Shown piece after piece: positions 9,323 to 18,461 of a stretch of 32,000 nt of DNA; the first letter of the stretch is position 1; each line of letters opens with the position of its first letter. Both the position numbers and the translations under genes were made by a program. Under the pieces are notes generated by a model. That model worked only from the letters and a program-made list of their open reading frames with translations. It had not been told where the DNA came from and did not search any database. This DNA is from Ktedonobacterales bacterium. Its GTDB lineage: Bacteria; Chloroflexota; Ktedonobacteria; Ktedonobacterales; JADMIN01. The stretch lies in assembly GCA_030167145.1 (NCBI GenBank), contig CP126532.1, forward strand, positions 1,710,001-1,742,000. The letters run 5' to 3'.

Positions 9323-9932
9323 GAGTCTTCTCCTGAAGCGCATCGCGCAACGCTTTGCGCGCACGCCATAGCCGGGTATCTATCGCGTGACGAGAGAGAC
9401 TTGTTTTGGCGCAAATCTCTTCCGTGCTCGCTAAACGAAAATAGCGCATATACACCAGTGTGCGGTCTAGCTCGGAGAGCGATTCGAGCGCCTGACGCAA
9501 TTCTTCGCGCCGTTCGCGCTGCTCAATCAGCTTCTCCATGCTCGTCTCGGCCATCCGCGCGGGCAGTTCAACCACATGATGCTCGCCTTCATAGGATCCA
9601 GCGAAATCGCCGGAATCCAGTGAGGTCATCGCATACGTCTGACGGCGCTGAATTTGCCGCCGCCGATCTAACGCGATGTATTTCGCCCGCATGGTAATCC
9701 AGGTGCGCAGGGTGCCCCGCGCCGGATCGTAACTGCCGATCTCCTGCCACACCGCCACGAAGAGGTCGTTGGTGCATTCCTCAGCGTCCTGAGGTGTGCC
9801 GCCGTTATCCAATACGATGCGTACAAAGTACGACATCTCACGTGAATAGCGACGAATCAGCGCTTCGAGGGCGCGCGGATCGCGCTCGATCAGCCCTTTA
9901 TACAGGGCGTCTTCGGGCCAGTCATCGTGCAC
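9294..9932 (-). CDS. ECF-type (sigma-70 family, group 4) RNA polymerase sigma factor
   Basis: Region 2 DAEECTNDLFVAVWQEIGSYDPARGTLRTWITMRAKYIALDRRR and region 4 HTH LDRTLVYMRYFRLASTEEICAKTSLSRHAIDTRLWRARKALR. GTG start at 9932 preceded by GAGGAGTG. Confidence 0.9.
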   Translation of the reverse strand: MHDDWPEDALYKGLIERDPRALEALIRRYSREMSYFVRIVLDNGGTPQDAEECTNDLFVAVWQEIGSYDPARGTLRTWITMRAKYIALDRRRQIQRRQTYAMTSLDSGDFAGSYEGEHHVVELPARMAETSMEKLIEQRERREELRQALESLSELDRTLVYMRYFRLASTEEICAKTSLSRHAIDTRLWRARKALRDALQEKTHERVRALRS

Positions 9933-10391
9933 CGTGTCACTCCTCGCGCTTCCACTCGCCTGGCATCAGCGCCAGGCCTCACTGTGTGCGATGTGAAGGC
10001 TGTGTTTGACGACGTTGTCCGCTTATGACCGTGTGCATAGCTCAGGATGTACTACGTCGCTGGTCACAAGAATCTCTCACACCATGTCAACAATTTGCTC
10101 ACTGGCCGATATATGACGTGCTCCAAGAGAGTTCAGGATGGGCGCTCTGTCATGTGTAACTCGGCTGTGTACGCGCATTTTCCCTGACCACATAGGATTT
10201 TGTCAAGAGGATGTGCTCGGATTCTGTCGCGTTGCGCACGGCGATACGCCATTCCCCTCCACCAACGCCACGCCTCCATACGCCTTTAACCCCAGCTTCA
10301 TCCAAGCATAATCCAGGCCATATACGCTGATGAGTGAGATGTCCGGCACGTCTGAAGTGTTTGCAATGTGCCTCCCCGAAGGAGCCTATAG

Positions 10392-10823
10392 ATGCCCCAA
10401 AACGACAACCGATGCGCCTCAACCAGCGAAGTTTGCCGCCAGTTCGACGCTGACCACGCACCCTATCCAGGAATGACGATCTTCGATGGCGCGGGCGGTG
10501 TCATCGCGCTGGCGCTCAGTCCTGGCGAGCTAGGGCGTTTCGTCGAGGCATACCGCTGGCTAGCAGCCGATACCTTAGACGGAGGCGTGGGCACGATCAA
10601 AGTGGCACTTGGCGCGAAGACATATCTACTCCACCGCCGCCTCATGGCTGGGAACAATACGGTACTGCGGATTGTGAACCTGTACGATCCCGGCGAACAG
10701 GTGGCGCTGTCATCTGACCTTGCACGGGTCGTGCTGACGCTCTTGGAGCACGCTCGCGAGCAACACAATCAGGTTGCGGGGCAGGCACGAGGCGCGGAAC
10801 ACTACTCGACACCTGGGGCATGA
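10392..10823 (+). CDS. Hypothetical protein (143 aa), divergent from the ECF sigma operon
   Basis: ATG 10392 preceded by GAAGGAGCCTATAG. No motif recognised. The 3' end overlaps the recO 3' end by 22 nt (convergent). Confidence 0.5.
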   Translation: MPQNDNRCASTSEVCRQFDADHAPYPGMTIFDGAGGVIALALSPGELGRFVEAYRWLAADTLDGGVGTIKVALGAKTYLLHRRLMAGNNTVLRIVNLYDPGEQVALSSDLARVVLTLLEHAREQHNQVAGQARGAEHYSTPGA

Positions 10824-11602
10824 AGGAAATTGACCGATTTGAGATCGCGGTCCAGGTGGTAGCGCAGGCTGCTCTGCAATGTGCCTTCGAGTTCCGCTTG
10901 CAGCGCGGCATCCAGCCGCAGCCGGGGCACGGCATCCCACTCGGTGGTTTGCAGCAGCCGCAACACTTTCAGCGCGGACAGGGAGAGCCGCCGCTGGGCA
11001 TAGCGCGAGCATGCGGGGCAGAGCGCGCCACCCAACTCGGCGCTGTAGCCGTTCTCTTCGGGGAGCAGCGGCGTGTCGCAGCCAGCGCAGGTATGCAACG
11101 CGGGGCGATAGCCCAGTTCATCCAGCAGGCGCAACTCGAAGTAGCGTAGCGCCAGCACGCAGCGCGCCCGCTCGCCAGCAGCGCTATCTGGCGTTCCAGC
11201 TTCGGCGCGTGCGCCCGCATCCAGCAGGCGCAACGTGCGCGCCAGCAGGGCGTAGATGCGCGGATGGGGGTCGGCGTCTTCGAGGAAGCGATCCACCAGT
11301 TCGCTGGCATACCAGGCGGCAGTGGCGTGCCAGAGCGCATCGCGCAGCGCATCCAGCCGTTCGCGCGCCTCGGCCTGGGTGACGATGTCGAGGTCGCGTC
11401 CGGTGGCCAGCAGCAGTTGCGTGCGGGTGAATGGCTCCAGATGGCCGGCGAGACGGCTGGTGGTGCGCCGCGCGCCCTTGGCAATCGCGCGGACCTTCCC
11501 CTGGCCGGGGGTGAAGAGCGTGAGGATGCGGTCGGCCTCGCCGAAATCGGTGCGGCGCAGGACGAATGCTTCAGTGGCATAGACGCGGGGATGGCTGGGC
11601 AT
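10802..11602 (-). CDS. recO: DNA repair/recombination mediator RecO
   Basis: N-terminal OB-fold block EAFVLRRTDFGEADRILTLFTPGQGKVRAIAKGARR and C-terminal four-Cys zinc motif CAGC...CPAC; typical length. Confidence 0.9.
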   Translation of the reverse strand: MPSHPRVYATEAFVLRRTDFGEADRILTLFTPGQGKVRAIAKGARRTTSRLAGHLEPFTRTQLLLATGRDLDIVTQAEARERLDALRDALWHATAAWYASELVDRFLEDADPHPRIYALLARTLRLLDAGARAEAGTPDSAAGERARCVLALRYFELRLLDELGYRPALHTCAGCDTPLLPEENGYSAELGGALCPACSRYAQRRLSLSALKVLRLLQTTEWDAVPRLRLDAALQAELEGTLQSSLRYHLDRDLKSVNFLHAPGVE

Positions 11603-11728
11603 GCGTTGTACTTCTCAATTGGGATGCTGCTGGCGATGGGCACGGCGAATCGCAATGCTGGCTGTGCCTCCTCAGCATATCATTCCGCGCATGTCCCTCG
11701 CTGGCGGCAACGTTGAGGAGATAGAAAT

Positions 11729-11760
11729 GCCCCCGCTCCTAAAGCATTGGGAGCAGGGGC
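11729..11760 (-). terminator. Intrinsic terminator after the Ser/Thr kinase gene
   Basis: Minus strand GCCCCTGCTCC-CAATGCTTT-AGGAGCGGGGGC (11-bp stem with one G-U) followed by ATTTCTATCT, starting 14 nt after the stop. Confidence 0.6.
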
Positions 11761-11773
11761 AACAAAGGACTTG

Positions 11774-13642
11774 CTAACATGCGGGCGGCGTAGGTGTGCC
11801 AGGAGCACAAGTTGGCGTCGGCGTCGCCGTATCGGTTGGCGTCGGCGTCACCGATTGCGTCGCGGTGGGCGACGGCGTTGGTGAGCCAAGGCTGACATAG
11901 AGCGTGATCTTGTCGCCGGGCAGCGCATAGGACCCCGCTTGCGGATCGGACTTGATGACGCTGCTTGCGGGCACCGTCATATCGAGTTGGTTGACGGTGG
12001 TGATGTTGGTGAAACCCGCGGTCTGCAACGTATGAATCGCCTGGGTTACCGGCATATTGTTCACATTCGGGATCAGAATCTTGTCCGGCGACTTGGTGAC
12101 GGTGAGCGTGACGGTCGCTTTATATGGCTCCGCTGCACCCGCTGGTGGATCCTGTGCGGTCACGGTATCCACCGGATGGGTTTTATCGGCGTTGACATAC
12201 TGCGCGGTGACGAGTAGATGCGCGTTGGTGGCGGCGGTCTGCGCCTGCTCGAACGACATGCCGATGAAGTTGGGCACGGTCGTCATGGCGACGGTCGCTG
12301 ACGGCGTGGGCGAGGCGAAAAGCGCACTGGTAACGCCCGTCATGTTGGCGATCAGCGCGCACGCTAGCCCCAGCAGCAGCACCGCCGAGGCGACGACAAC
12401 CGCGACGAGCGGCCCATTCTTGCGCGGTTTCGCAGGGCCAGAGGGAGCGCCATATGGGTTTGACGGCGTGCCGGTCCGTGGCATCGTCCCTGGCGCGGGG
12501 CCATAGGGCCGCGTGCCAATGCCTGCCTGTGGCCCAAAGCCAGTCGGGCCAAAGCCCTCATAGGTTGGCTCATCCCAGCCACCGCCGGCCATGTTCCCCG
12601 GACCGGAGCGCGGCCCCGACATCACGCGGCCACTCGCGCCGCCACGCGCGGGGCCACTAGCCATGGCAGGCGCGCCATAGTCGCCCCCGCTGTAGCCGCC
12701 CCCGCCAGGTCCGCCCAACTGGCGCGGATCGCCCGATGGCAGGCCCAGCGGCCCGAACTGCGCGCGCGGTCCACCCGTGCGCGCGCCGGTCGTGCCGCGC
12801 CGACCATCAGGCGCGCCGCGTCCCAGATTTTCGAGCGCGAAGGCCAGCGAGTCGCCATCACGATAGCGATTGCGCGGATCTTTCTTCAGGCATTTCAGAA
12901 TCACCTGCTCCAGCGCGGGCGAGATACGCGAATTCAGCATGCTCGGCGGTTCGGGGTCGTCCTGAATGTGGCGCATCGCCACCGCGACGGGCGTATCGCC
13001 ATCGAAGGGGGTCTTGCCGGTCAGCATCTCATACATCACGATGCCCAGCGCATAGATGTCTGCCGCCGGTGAGACTATCTCGCCTTGCGCCTGCTCCGGC
13101 GCGTAATATTGCACCGTGCCCAGCGTCATGCCGGTGGTGGTCAGTCGTTCCGCCTCGGCATCCTTATACATGCTGGCGATGCCGAAGTCGGTCAGCTTCA
13201 CCAGACCGGCGTCGTTGAGCATCACGTTCTGCGGCTTCACGTCGCGGTGAACGATGCCGCGCTTGTGCGCCGCGCCCAGCCCTAGCGCCACATCATGCGC
13301 AATCTCGATGGCGCGCTCGTTCGAGAGCACCCCCTGCTGCTTCTTCAGGTAGCGGCGCAGGTCAGTGCCGTCAACGAACTCCATCACGATGTAGTAGCTG
13401 GAGCCGCTCTGGCCGTAGTCGAAGACCTGAACGATGTTGGGGTGCTGCAACGCGGAGGAGGCGCGCGCTTCGCGCTGAAAGCGAGTGACGAACTTGGGGT
13501 CCGAGCTATAGACTTCGCGCAGAATCTTGACGGCAACGGTCCGGCCCATACGCAGATCCACAGCGCGATAGATGGTCGCCATGCCCCCACGACCAATCGG
13601 CTCGTGCAACTCGTAGCGATCGCCCAGAACCTCGAGTTCCAT
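11774..13642 (-). CDS. pknB: Transmembrane Ser/Thr protein kinase with two extracellular PASTA repeats (PknB/PrkC-like)
   Basis: Hanks motifs GRGGMATIY, VAVK, HRDVKPQN, DFG, YYAPEQ; Gly/Pro-rich linker; TM GPLVAVVVASAVLLLGLACALIA; PASTA-like repeats TVPNFIGMSFEQAQ...TLTVTK and LIPNVNNMPVTQAI...ITLYVSLG; PT-rich tail. Start at ATG 13642, preceded by GGGGAGAGG. Confidence 0.92.
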   Translation of the reverse strand: MELEVLGDRYELHEPIGRGGMATIYRAVDLRMGRTVAVKILREVYSSDPKFVTRFQREARASSALQHPNIVQVFDYGQSGSSYYIVMEFVDGTDLRRYLKKQQGVLSNERAIEIAHDVALGLGAAHKRGIVHRDVKPQNVMLNDAGLVKLTDFGIASMYKDAEAERLTTTGMTLGTVQYYAPEQAQGEIVSPAADIYALGIVMYEMLTGKTPFDGDTPVAVAMRHIQDDPEPPSMLNSRISPALEQVILKCLKKDPRNRYRDGDSLAFALENLGRGAPDGRRGTTGARTGGPRAQFGPLGLPSGDPRQLGGPGGGGYSGGDYGAPAMASGPARGGASGRVMSGPRSGPGNMAGGGWDEPTYEGFGPTGFGPQAGIGTRPYGPAPGTMPRTGTPSNPYGAPSGPAKPRKNGPLVAVVVASAVLLLGLACALIANMTGVTSALFASPTPSATVAMTTVPNFIGMSFEQAQTAATNAHLLVTAQYVNADKTHPVDTVTAQDPPAGAAEPYKATVTLTVTKSPDKILIPNVNNMPVTQAIHTLQTAGFTNITTVNQLDMTVPASSVIKSDPQAGSYALPGDKITLYVSLGSPTPSPTATQSVTPTPTDTATPTPTCAPGTPTPPAC

Positions 13643-14111
13643 ACCTCTCCCCACCTTGGGTGTCACCCACGGAGCCTGCTCCGCTAGAGTGCGCCCGGGC
13701 ATTCACGCCAGTATACGGCTCCCCCGCGCCAACGCGCCCGCTCATCTGGCGCTGGCACTGCAAGCCTATGCTACTGTTCTTTCATACTCGTGTGGCCGTA
13801 TCAGGCTGTGGCGACCGCGATAATACCAGATGCCAGGAAACTCCAAAAAGATGTACGCACAGCCCAACAACCCGCGCCGCATACGCGCCAGGCCGCATGC
13901 TGAGCGGTTCGCTCACACGGCCTGAAGTGTACCACATGCCGCCCGCCCTCGCTATCAGGTACCAGGACGGTCTATTCGGGCGCAGTCTACCATCATTTGT
14001 ACGCCGCGCATGTGATGTGGTTCACACCAATGGGACCACCATAGCTCAAATCGCGCAATCAGCCAGCGCCCCCGCAACAGTGGAGAATCTTCGCCCGCGC
14101 CTTCAGCCCCC

Positions 14112-14141
14112 TTGACACAGTCGCGCTCGCGTGGCTATACT
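14112..14141 (+). promoter_or_regulatory. Strong sigma-70-type promoter for the tRNA-tuf transcription unit (TTGACA-18-TATACT)
   Basis: TTGACA at 14112-14117 and TATACT at 14136-14141, about 40 nt upstream of the first tRNA. Confidence 0.6.
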
Positions 14142-14181
14142 ACGAACGCTTTCCGGGCGCGAGATTTTTGTGCCCGCGAGC

Positions 14182-14253
14182 GCCGACGTAGCTCAACGGC
14201 AGAGCAGCTGTTTTGTAAACAGCAGGTTATGGGTTCAAATCCCTTCGTCGGCT
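14182..14253 (+). tRNA. tRNA-Thr (anticodon UGU)
   Basis: Hand-folded cloverleaf: acceptor GCCGACG/CGTCGGC, D arm GCTC-AACGGCA-GAGC, anticodon arm GCTGT-TTTGTAA-ACAGC, T arm with TTCAAAT loop (one T-T mismatch), discriminator T. CCA not encoded. Confidence 0.9.
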
Positions 14254-14283
14254 CCCGCCTTCAGGCGACTGGCGGCGTTTTCT

Positions 14284-14369
14284 GGGCAGTTACCGAAGTG
14301 GACAAACGGGACTGACTGTAAATCAGTTGGCTTACGCCTTCGGAGGTTCGAATCCTCCACTGCCCACCA
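14284..14369 (+). tRNA. tRNA-Tyr (anticodon GUA), class II with long variable arm, CCA encoded
   Basis: Acceptor GGGCAGT/ACTGCCC, anticodon arm ACTGA-CTGTAAA-TCAGT, variable arm TGGCTTACGCCTTC, T arm GGAGG-TTCGAAT-CCTCC, A73, CCA. Confidence 0.92.
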
Positions 14370-14466
14370 GATGCACGAGGCCGGGCAGGTCTCTCGCGTA
14401 AAGGGTTTCCGGTAGTCGTGGGCTGCATCGCCCGATACGACTTCCTCGCCGGTAGCGAGCATCTGA

Positions 14467-14557
14467 GGATGGTTCGCCATCTTTGGAACGCCAAATAATA
14501 TCAGTTGGCTTTCTTGGCGAAACGCCAACGGAGGTTGATCGCCTCCACCGCCCGCTA
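14467..14557 (+). pseudogene. Degenerate tRNA-Tyr-like relic (3' half clearly related to the adjacent tRNA-Tyr; no foldable anticodon or D arm)
   Basis: 14501-14557 TCAGTTGGCTT[TCTTGGCGA]ACGCCAACGGAGGTTGATCGCCTCCACCGCCCGCTA is collinear with tRNA-Tyr TCAGTTGGCTT-ACGCCTTCGGAGGTTCGAATCCTCCACTGCCCACCA. GGATGGT at 14467-14473 could pair with ACCGCCC as an acceptor stem. The T-loop is non-canonical (TTGATCG). Confidence 0.35.
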
Positions 14558-14584
14558 GCGAGTCGCTCTCGTTGGCGCAGGCAT

Positions 14585-14656
14585 GCCCGCGTGGCGCAGA
14601 GGTAGCGCACAGTCTTGGTAAGACTGGGGTCATGGGTTCGAATCCCATCGCGGGCT
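14585..14656 (+). tRNA. tRNA-Thr (anticodon GGU)
   Basis: Acceptor GCCCGCG/CGCGGGC, D arm GCGC-AGAGGTA-GCGC, anticodon arm CAGTC-TTGGTAA-GACTG, T arm ATGGG-TTCGAAT-CCCAT, discriminator T. Confidence 0.92.
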
Positions 14657-14850
14657 CCGGCGGTCCCGCTGCTGTTCTTCATCCCTGGCCCTTGCGCCGG
14701 GGACGAAGGCGTAGTGGGACGTTTGTGTGTCCAGAGCAGTGCGCCGGTCACGAGATTTCCCAAGGAGCCTGATGGCTAACCAGGGGAAGAGCAGCGCGAG
14801 CGCGTAACAGGCCAGCGCGATATTGAAATCAGGAGGAGCCGAAGCGCTCT

Positions 14851-16056
<1,206 letters not shown>

Positions 16057-16067
16057 GCCTCGTGTCG

Positions 16068-16105
16068 TTAGGTTCGCACACGCTCCCGGCCAGAGAGTCT
16101 TGGTC
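16068..16105 (+). terminator. Strong hairpin after tuf (terminator candidate, no U-tract)
   Basis: 15-bp stem ACACGCTCCCGGCCA / TGGTCGGGAGCGTGT (one G-U), 8-nt loop, starting 12 nt after the tuf stop. Confidence 0.55.
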
Positions 16106-16199
16106 GGGAGCGTGTCGCGCAACCGGGCGGCTATCTCCTTCGTCTATAATGGACGTGTAGATGAACGCCTTGCGAAAGCGGGTACTTCCGGTCCGGGCG

Positions 16200-16228
16200 T
16201 AGACAGCGCCAGGGGCATGGTATACAAT
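16200..16228 (+). promoter_or_regulatory. Promoter candidate for rpmG-secE-nusG (TAGACA-17-TACAAT)
   Basis: TAGACA at 16200-16205, 17-nt spacer, TACAAT at 16223-16228. Confidence 0.5.
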
Positions 16229-16344
16229 AACGTGGTGATGGAGCGGGAATCCGGATTCCGTGTCCGCGACAGGTCTTGCGCCTGAAGGGAATACGCGGGC
16301 CATACGCTCTCACTTCCACGCCAAGCGTTGGAGGAATTGTTTCG

Positions 16345-16515
16345 ATGGCGGCCAAGAGTAAAGAGAATCGTATCGTTATCACGCTCGCCTGCACTGAGTG
16401 CAAGTCGCGCAATTATGTGACGACGAAGAACAAGAAGAACGACCCAGAGCGGATGGAACTGAACAAGTTCTGCCCGCGCTGTCGGCAGCATCGCCCGCAC
16501 CGCGAAACGAAGTAG
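16345..16515 (+). CDS. rpmG: 50S ribosomal protein L33
   Basis: [56 protein letters not shown] (56 aa, CxxC...CxxC zinc-ribbon form). ATG 16345 preceded by GGAGGAATTGTTTCG. Confidence 0.95.
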   Translation: MAAKSKENRIVITLACTECKSRNYVTTKNKKNDPERMELNKFCPRCRQHRPHRETK

Positions 16516-16523
16516 CGGCTACG

Positions 16524-16545
16524 GAATGACTGATGAATGACTGAT
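16524..16545. repeat. Tandem 11-bp repeat GAATGACTGAT x2 followed by a related TGATGAACGA
   Basis: Read directly in the rpmG-secE spacer. Carries TGA stops in several frames. Confidence 0.85.
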
Positions 16546-16666
16546 TGATGAACGAACTAGCTCACAGCCTCATGCACTGCGCTTCGTAAGCCAGGTGGTC
16601 GCTGAAAGCCAGGTGTGCCGCGCTAAGGTCCGGCGGAGCCTGTAATCTCGTAGTAGGAGAAGCTCT

Positions 16667-17107
16667 GTGGCAAGAACAATCGGCAACGATAAAGGCTCCA
16701 CCACCCGCGCGCGCCCCTCAGCGGACACGGAGAACGATCGTATGGACGCTCCGGAAAACGATGAGCCGCGAGACGAGGAACTGGCTGGCAGCGCTGACGA
16801 AGAGGCGGACGCCTCCGAAAACGCGCTCGCACTCTCGGCCAGTGGGGCCGTTGCCCAGAGGCCGCAGGTCGCGGTTGGTCGGCGTGCGCACCAGGCGCCA
16901 CAATGGATGATGCACTATTGGGGCCTGAGATTCATCGCCGAATCATACAACGAACTGCGCAAGGTCACCGCGCCTACCCTTCCAGAGGCATGGACGATGA
17001 CCCTGGTGGTTATCGCCATGTCTGCCGTTGTCGCCGCGATTCTCGGCCTCGCCGATATCGCGCTGCTCAAGGCGCTCACCTGGATCGTTGGCCTGGGCAA
17101 TCCGTAA
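16667..17107 (+). CDS. secE: Preprotein translocase subunit SecE with a long acidic N-terminal extension
   Basis: C-terminal block RFIAESYNELRKVTAPTLPEAWTMTLVVIAMSAVVAAILGLADIAL matches the SecE single-TM core. GTG start preceded by AGGAGAAG. Sits in the canonical rpmG-secE-nusG position. Confidence 0.85.
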   Translation: MARTIGNDKGSTTRARPSADTENDRMDAPENDEPRDEELAGSADEEADASENALALSASGAVAQRPQVAVGRRAHQAPQWMMHYWGLRFIAESYNELRKVTAPTLPEAWTMTLVVIAMSAVVAAILGLADIALLKALTWIVGLGNP

Positions 17108-17202
17108 ACTCCAAAGCAACGTAGCAGAAGGCGCGAGCGTCTCGTATGAAAAGGACAGCTCGCATGGCACTGGATACCTGTGGCCAGGCGGAGGGCGCAA
17201 TC

Positions 17203-17802
17203 ATGGACCAGGAACAGCACGACAACACACAACTTGATGCCATCAAGCAAGATGACACTGTCCCTGGCAGGCATTGGTACGCCATCCACACCTACTCGGG
17301 ATACGAAAACAAGGTCAAGACACATATCGAGGCCCGCACCACGGCGCTCGGCTTGAAAGATCAGATCTTTCGTGTCGTCGTGCCCACCGAAGACGAGATC
17401 GAGATCAAGGGCGGCCAGCGCCGCACCGTTACGCGCAAAGTCTATCCCGGCTATGTGCTGATTGACATGATCTTGACCGCCGACACGTGGCACGCCGTTC
17501 GTGGCACGCCCGGCGTCACCGGCTTCATCGGCGGCACGAGCACCGAGCCGGTTCCGCTCTCCGAGAGCGAACTGCGCTACATCCTGCGCGCGCCCACCGA
17601 AACCGGCGAAGAAGTGAAGCCCAAGACCAAGATCAACTTCACAGTAGGTCAGTCGGTGAAGGTCATTGATGGTCCCTTCGCCGAGTTCATCGGCACCGTC
17701 AACGAGATTCACCCCGAGCGCAACAAGGTGACGGTGCTGGTCTCGTTCTTCGGTCGTGAGACGCCCGTCCAACTGGACTTCCTTCAGGTGGAGAAAGTCT
17801 GA
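17203..17802 (+). CDS. nusG: Transcription termination/antitermination factor NusG
   Basis: NGN domain HWYAIHTYSGYENKVKTHIE...VYPGYVLIDM and KOW domain VKVIDGPFAEFIGTVNEIHPERNKVTVLVSFFGRETPVQL. Start set at ATG 17203 (GGAGGGCGCAATC upstream); the track start at 17146 is possible but less well supported. Confidence 0.93.
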   Translation: MDQEQHDNTQLDAIKQDDTVPGRHWYAIHTYSGYENKVKTHIEARTTALGLKDQIFRVVVPTEDEIEIKGGQRRTVTRKVYPGYVLIDMILTADTWHAVRGTPGVTGFIGGTSTEPVPLSESELRYILRAPTETGEEVKPKTKINFTVGQSVKVIDGPFAEFIGTVNEIHPERNKVTVLVSFFGRETPVQLDFLQVEKV

Positions 17803-17832
17803 GCGACCGGCGGATGGCAGTGGGCGTGTAGA

Positions 17833-17861
17833 GGCCAGCGGCCCACTTGGGCTGGCTGGCC
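17833..17861 (+). terminator. Imperfect hairpin after nusG (terminator or attenuator candidate)
   Basis: GGCCAGC-G-GCCC-ACTT-GGGC-TG-GCTGGCC followed by TTCGCATGTG. Confidence 0.4.
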
Positions 17862-17871
17862 TTCGCATGTG

Positions 17872-17900
17872 TAGACCAATCGGCGTAATTGTGCGATACT
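17872..17900 (+). promoter_or_regulatory. Promoter candidate for rplK-rplA (TAGACC-17-GATACT with TGn extended -10)
   Basis: TAGACC at 17872-17877; TGC-GATACT at 17892-17900. Confidence 0.45.
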
Positions 17901-18038
17901 ATCTCTCTGGGGCCGTGCGCCGCGCCATCTGAAGGCGCGTAGACACGGCTCCGCTATCGCGAGGGAGGGTGCGGGCGGCATGCCCGCGATCAGTGCGCCT
18001 GATCTCTTGGCCCTACGACCTCAAAGGAGCAACTTTTC

Positions 18039-18461
18039 ATGGCAAAGCGCGTCAAAGCAATCGTGAAATTGCAGATTCCCGCCGGCAAGGCAACGCCAGC
18101 GCAGCCCATCGGCCCGGCACTGGGCCAGCATGGCATCAACATCATGGGCTTCTGCAAGGAATACAACGAGCGCACCGCAAGTCTCGCGGGCAACATCATC
18201 CCCGCCGTCATCACCGTCTACGAAGACCGCTCATTCACCTTCATCACCAAGACCCCACCTGCCGCGGATCTGCTGAAGAAAGCCGCGGGCGTCGAGAAGG
18301 GCGCAGGCACGCCCAATAAGACGAAGGCGGGCAGCATCACGCAGAAGCAACTGCGCGAGATTGCAGAGATGAAGATGAAAGACCTCAACGCCACCACGGT
18401 CGAGGCCGCCGAGCGCATCATCGCTGGCACCGCCCGTTCCATGGGCATCGCCATCGGCTGA
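18039..18461 (+). CDS. rplK: 50S ribosomal protein L11
   Basis: [43 protein letters not shown]...; AAAGGAG SD. Confidence 0.97.
   Translation: MAKRVKAIVKLQIPAGKATPAQPIGPALGQHGINIMGFCKEYNERTASLAGNIIPAVITVYEDRSFTFITKTPPAADLLKKAAGVEKGAGTPNKTKAGSITQKQLREIAEMKMKDLNATTVEAAERIIAGTARSMGIAIG

Noticed and set aside
9834-9849. Possible parS half-match CATCTCACGTGAATAG
   Set aside because: Only about 10 of 16 positions match the TGTTNCACGTGAAACA consensus, the outer arms are not palindromic, and it is located inside the ECF sigma coding sequence.
10086-10120. TTGACA (minus strand) and TGAAC...CGTC elements as sigma-70 or ECF promoters for the ECF operon
   Set aside because: TTGACA has no acceptable -10 at 16-19 nt. 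The GAAC-to-CGTC spacing (12 nt) is too short for an ECF promoter. Left uncalled.
13660-14115. 151-aa plus-strand ORF between the kinase gene and the tRNA promoter
   Set aside because: No SD, no motifs, and it would run through the tRNA-operon promoter. Considered intergenic.
14370-14500. Expected tRNA-Gly (E. coli-like thrU-tyrU-glyT-thrT-tufB order)
   Set aside because: No acceptor/T-arm combination or GCC/UCC anticodon arm can be folded. Only a small GATGG-TTCG-CCATC hairpin is present.
16915-17868. 317-aa minus-strand ORF
   Set aside because: Antisense to secE and nusG, both supported by motifs and synteny. No motifs of its own.
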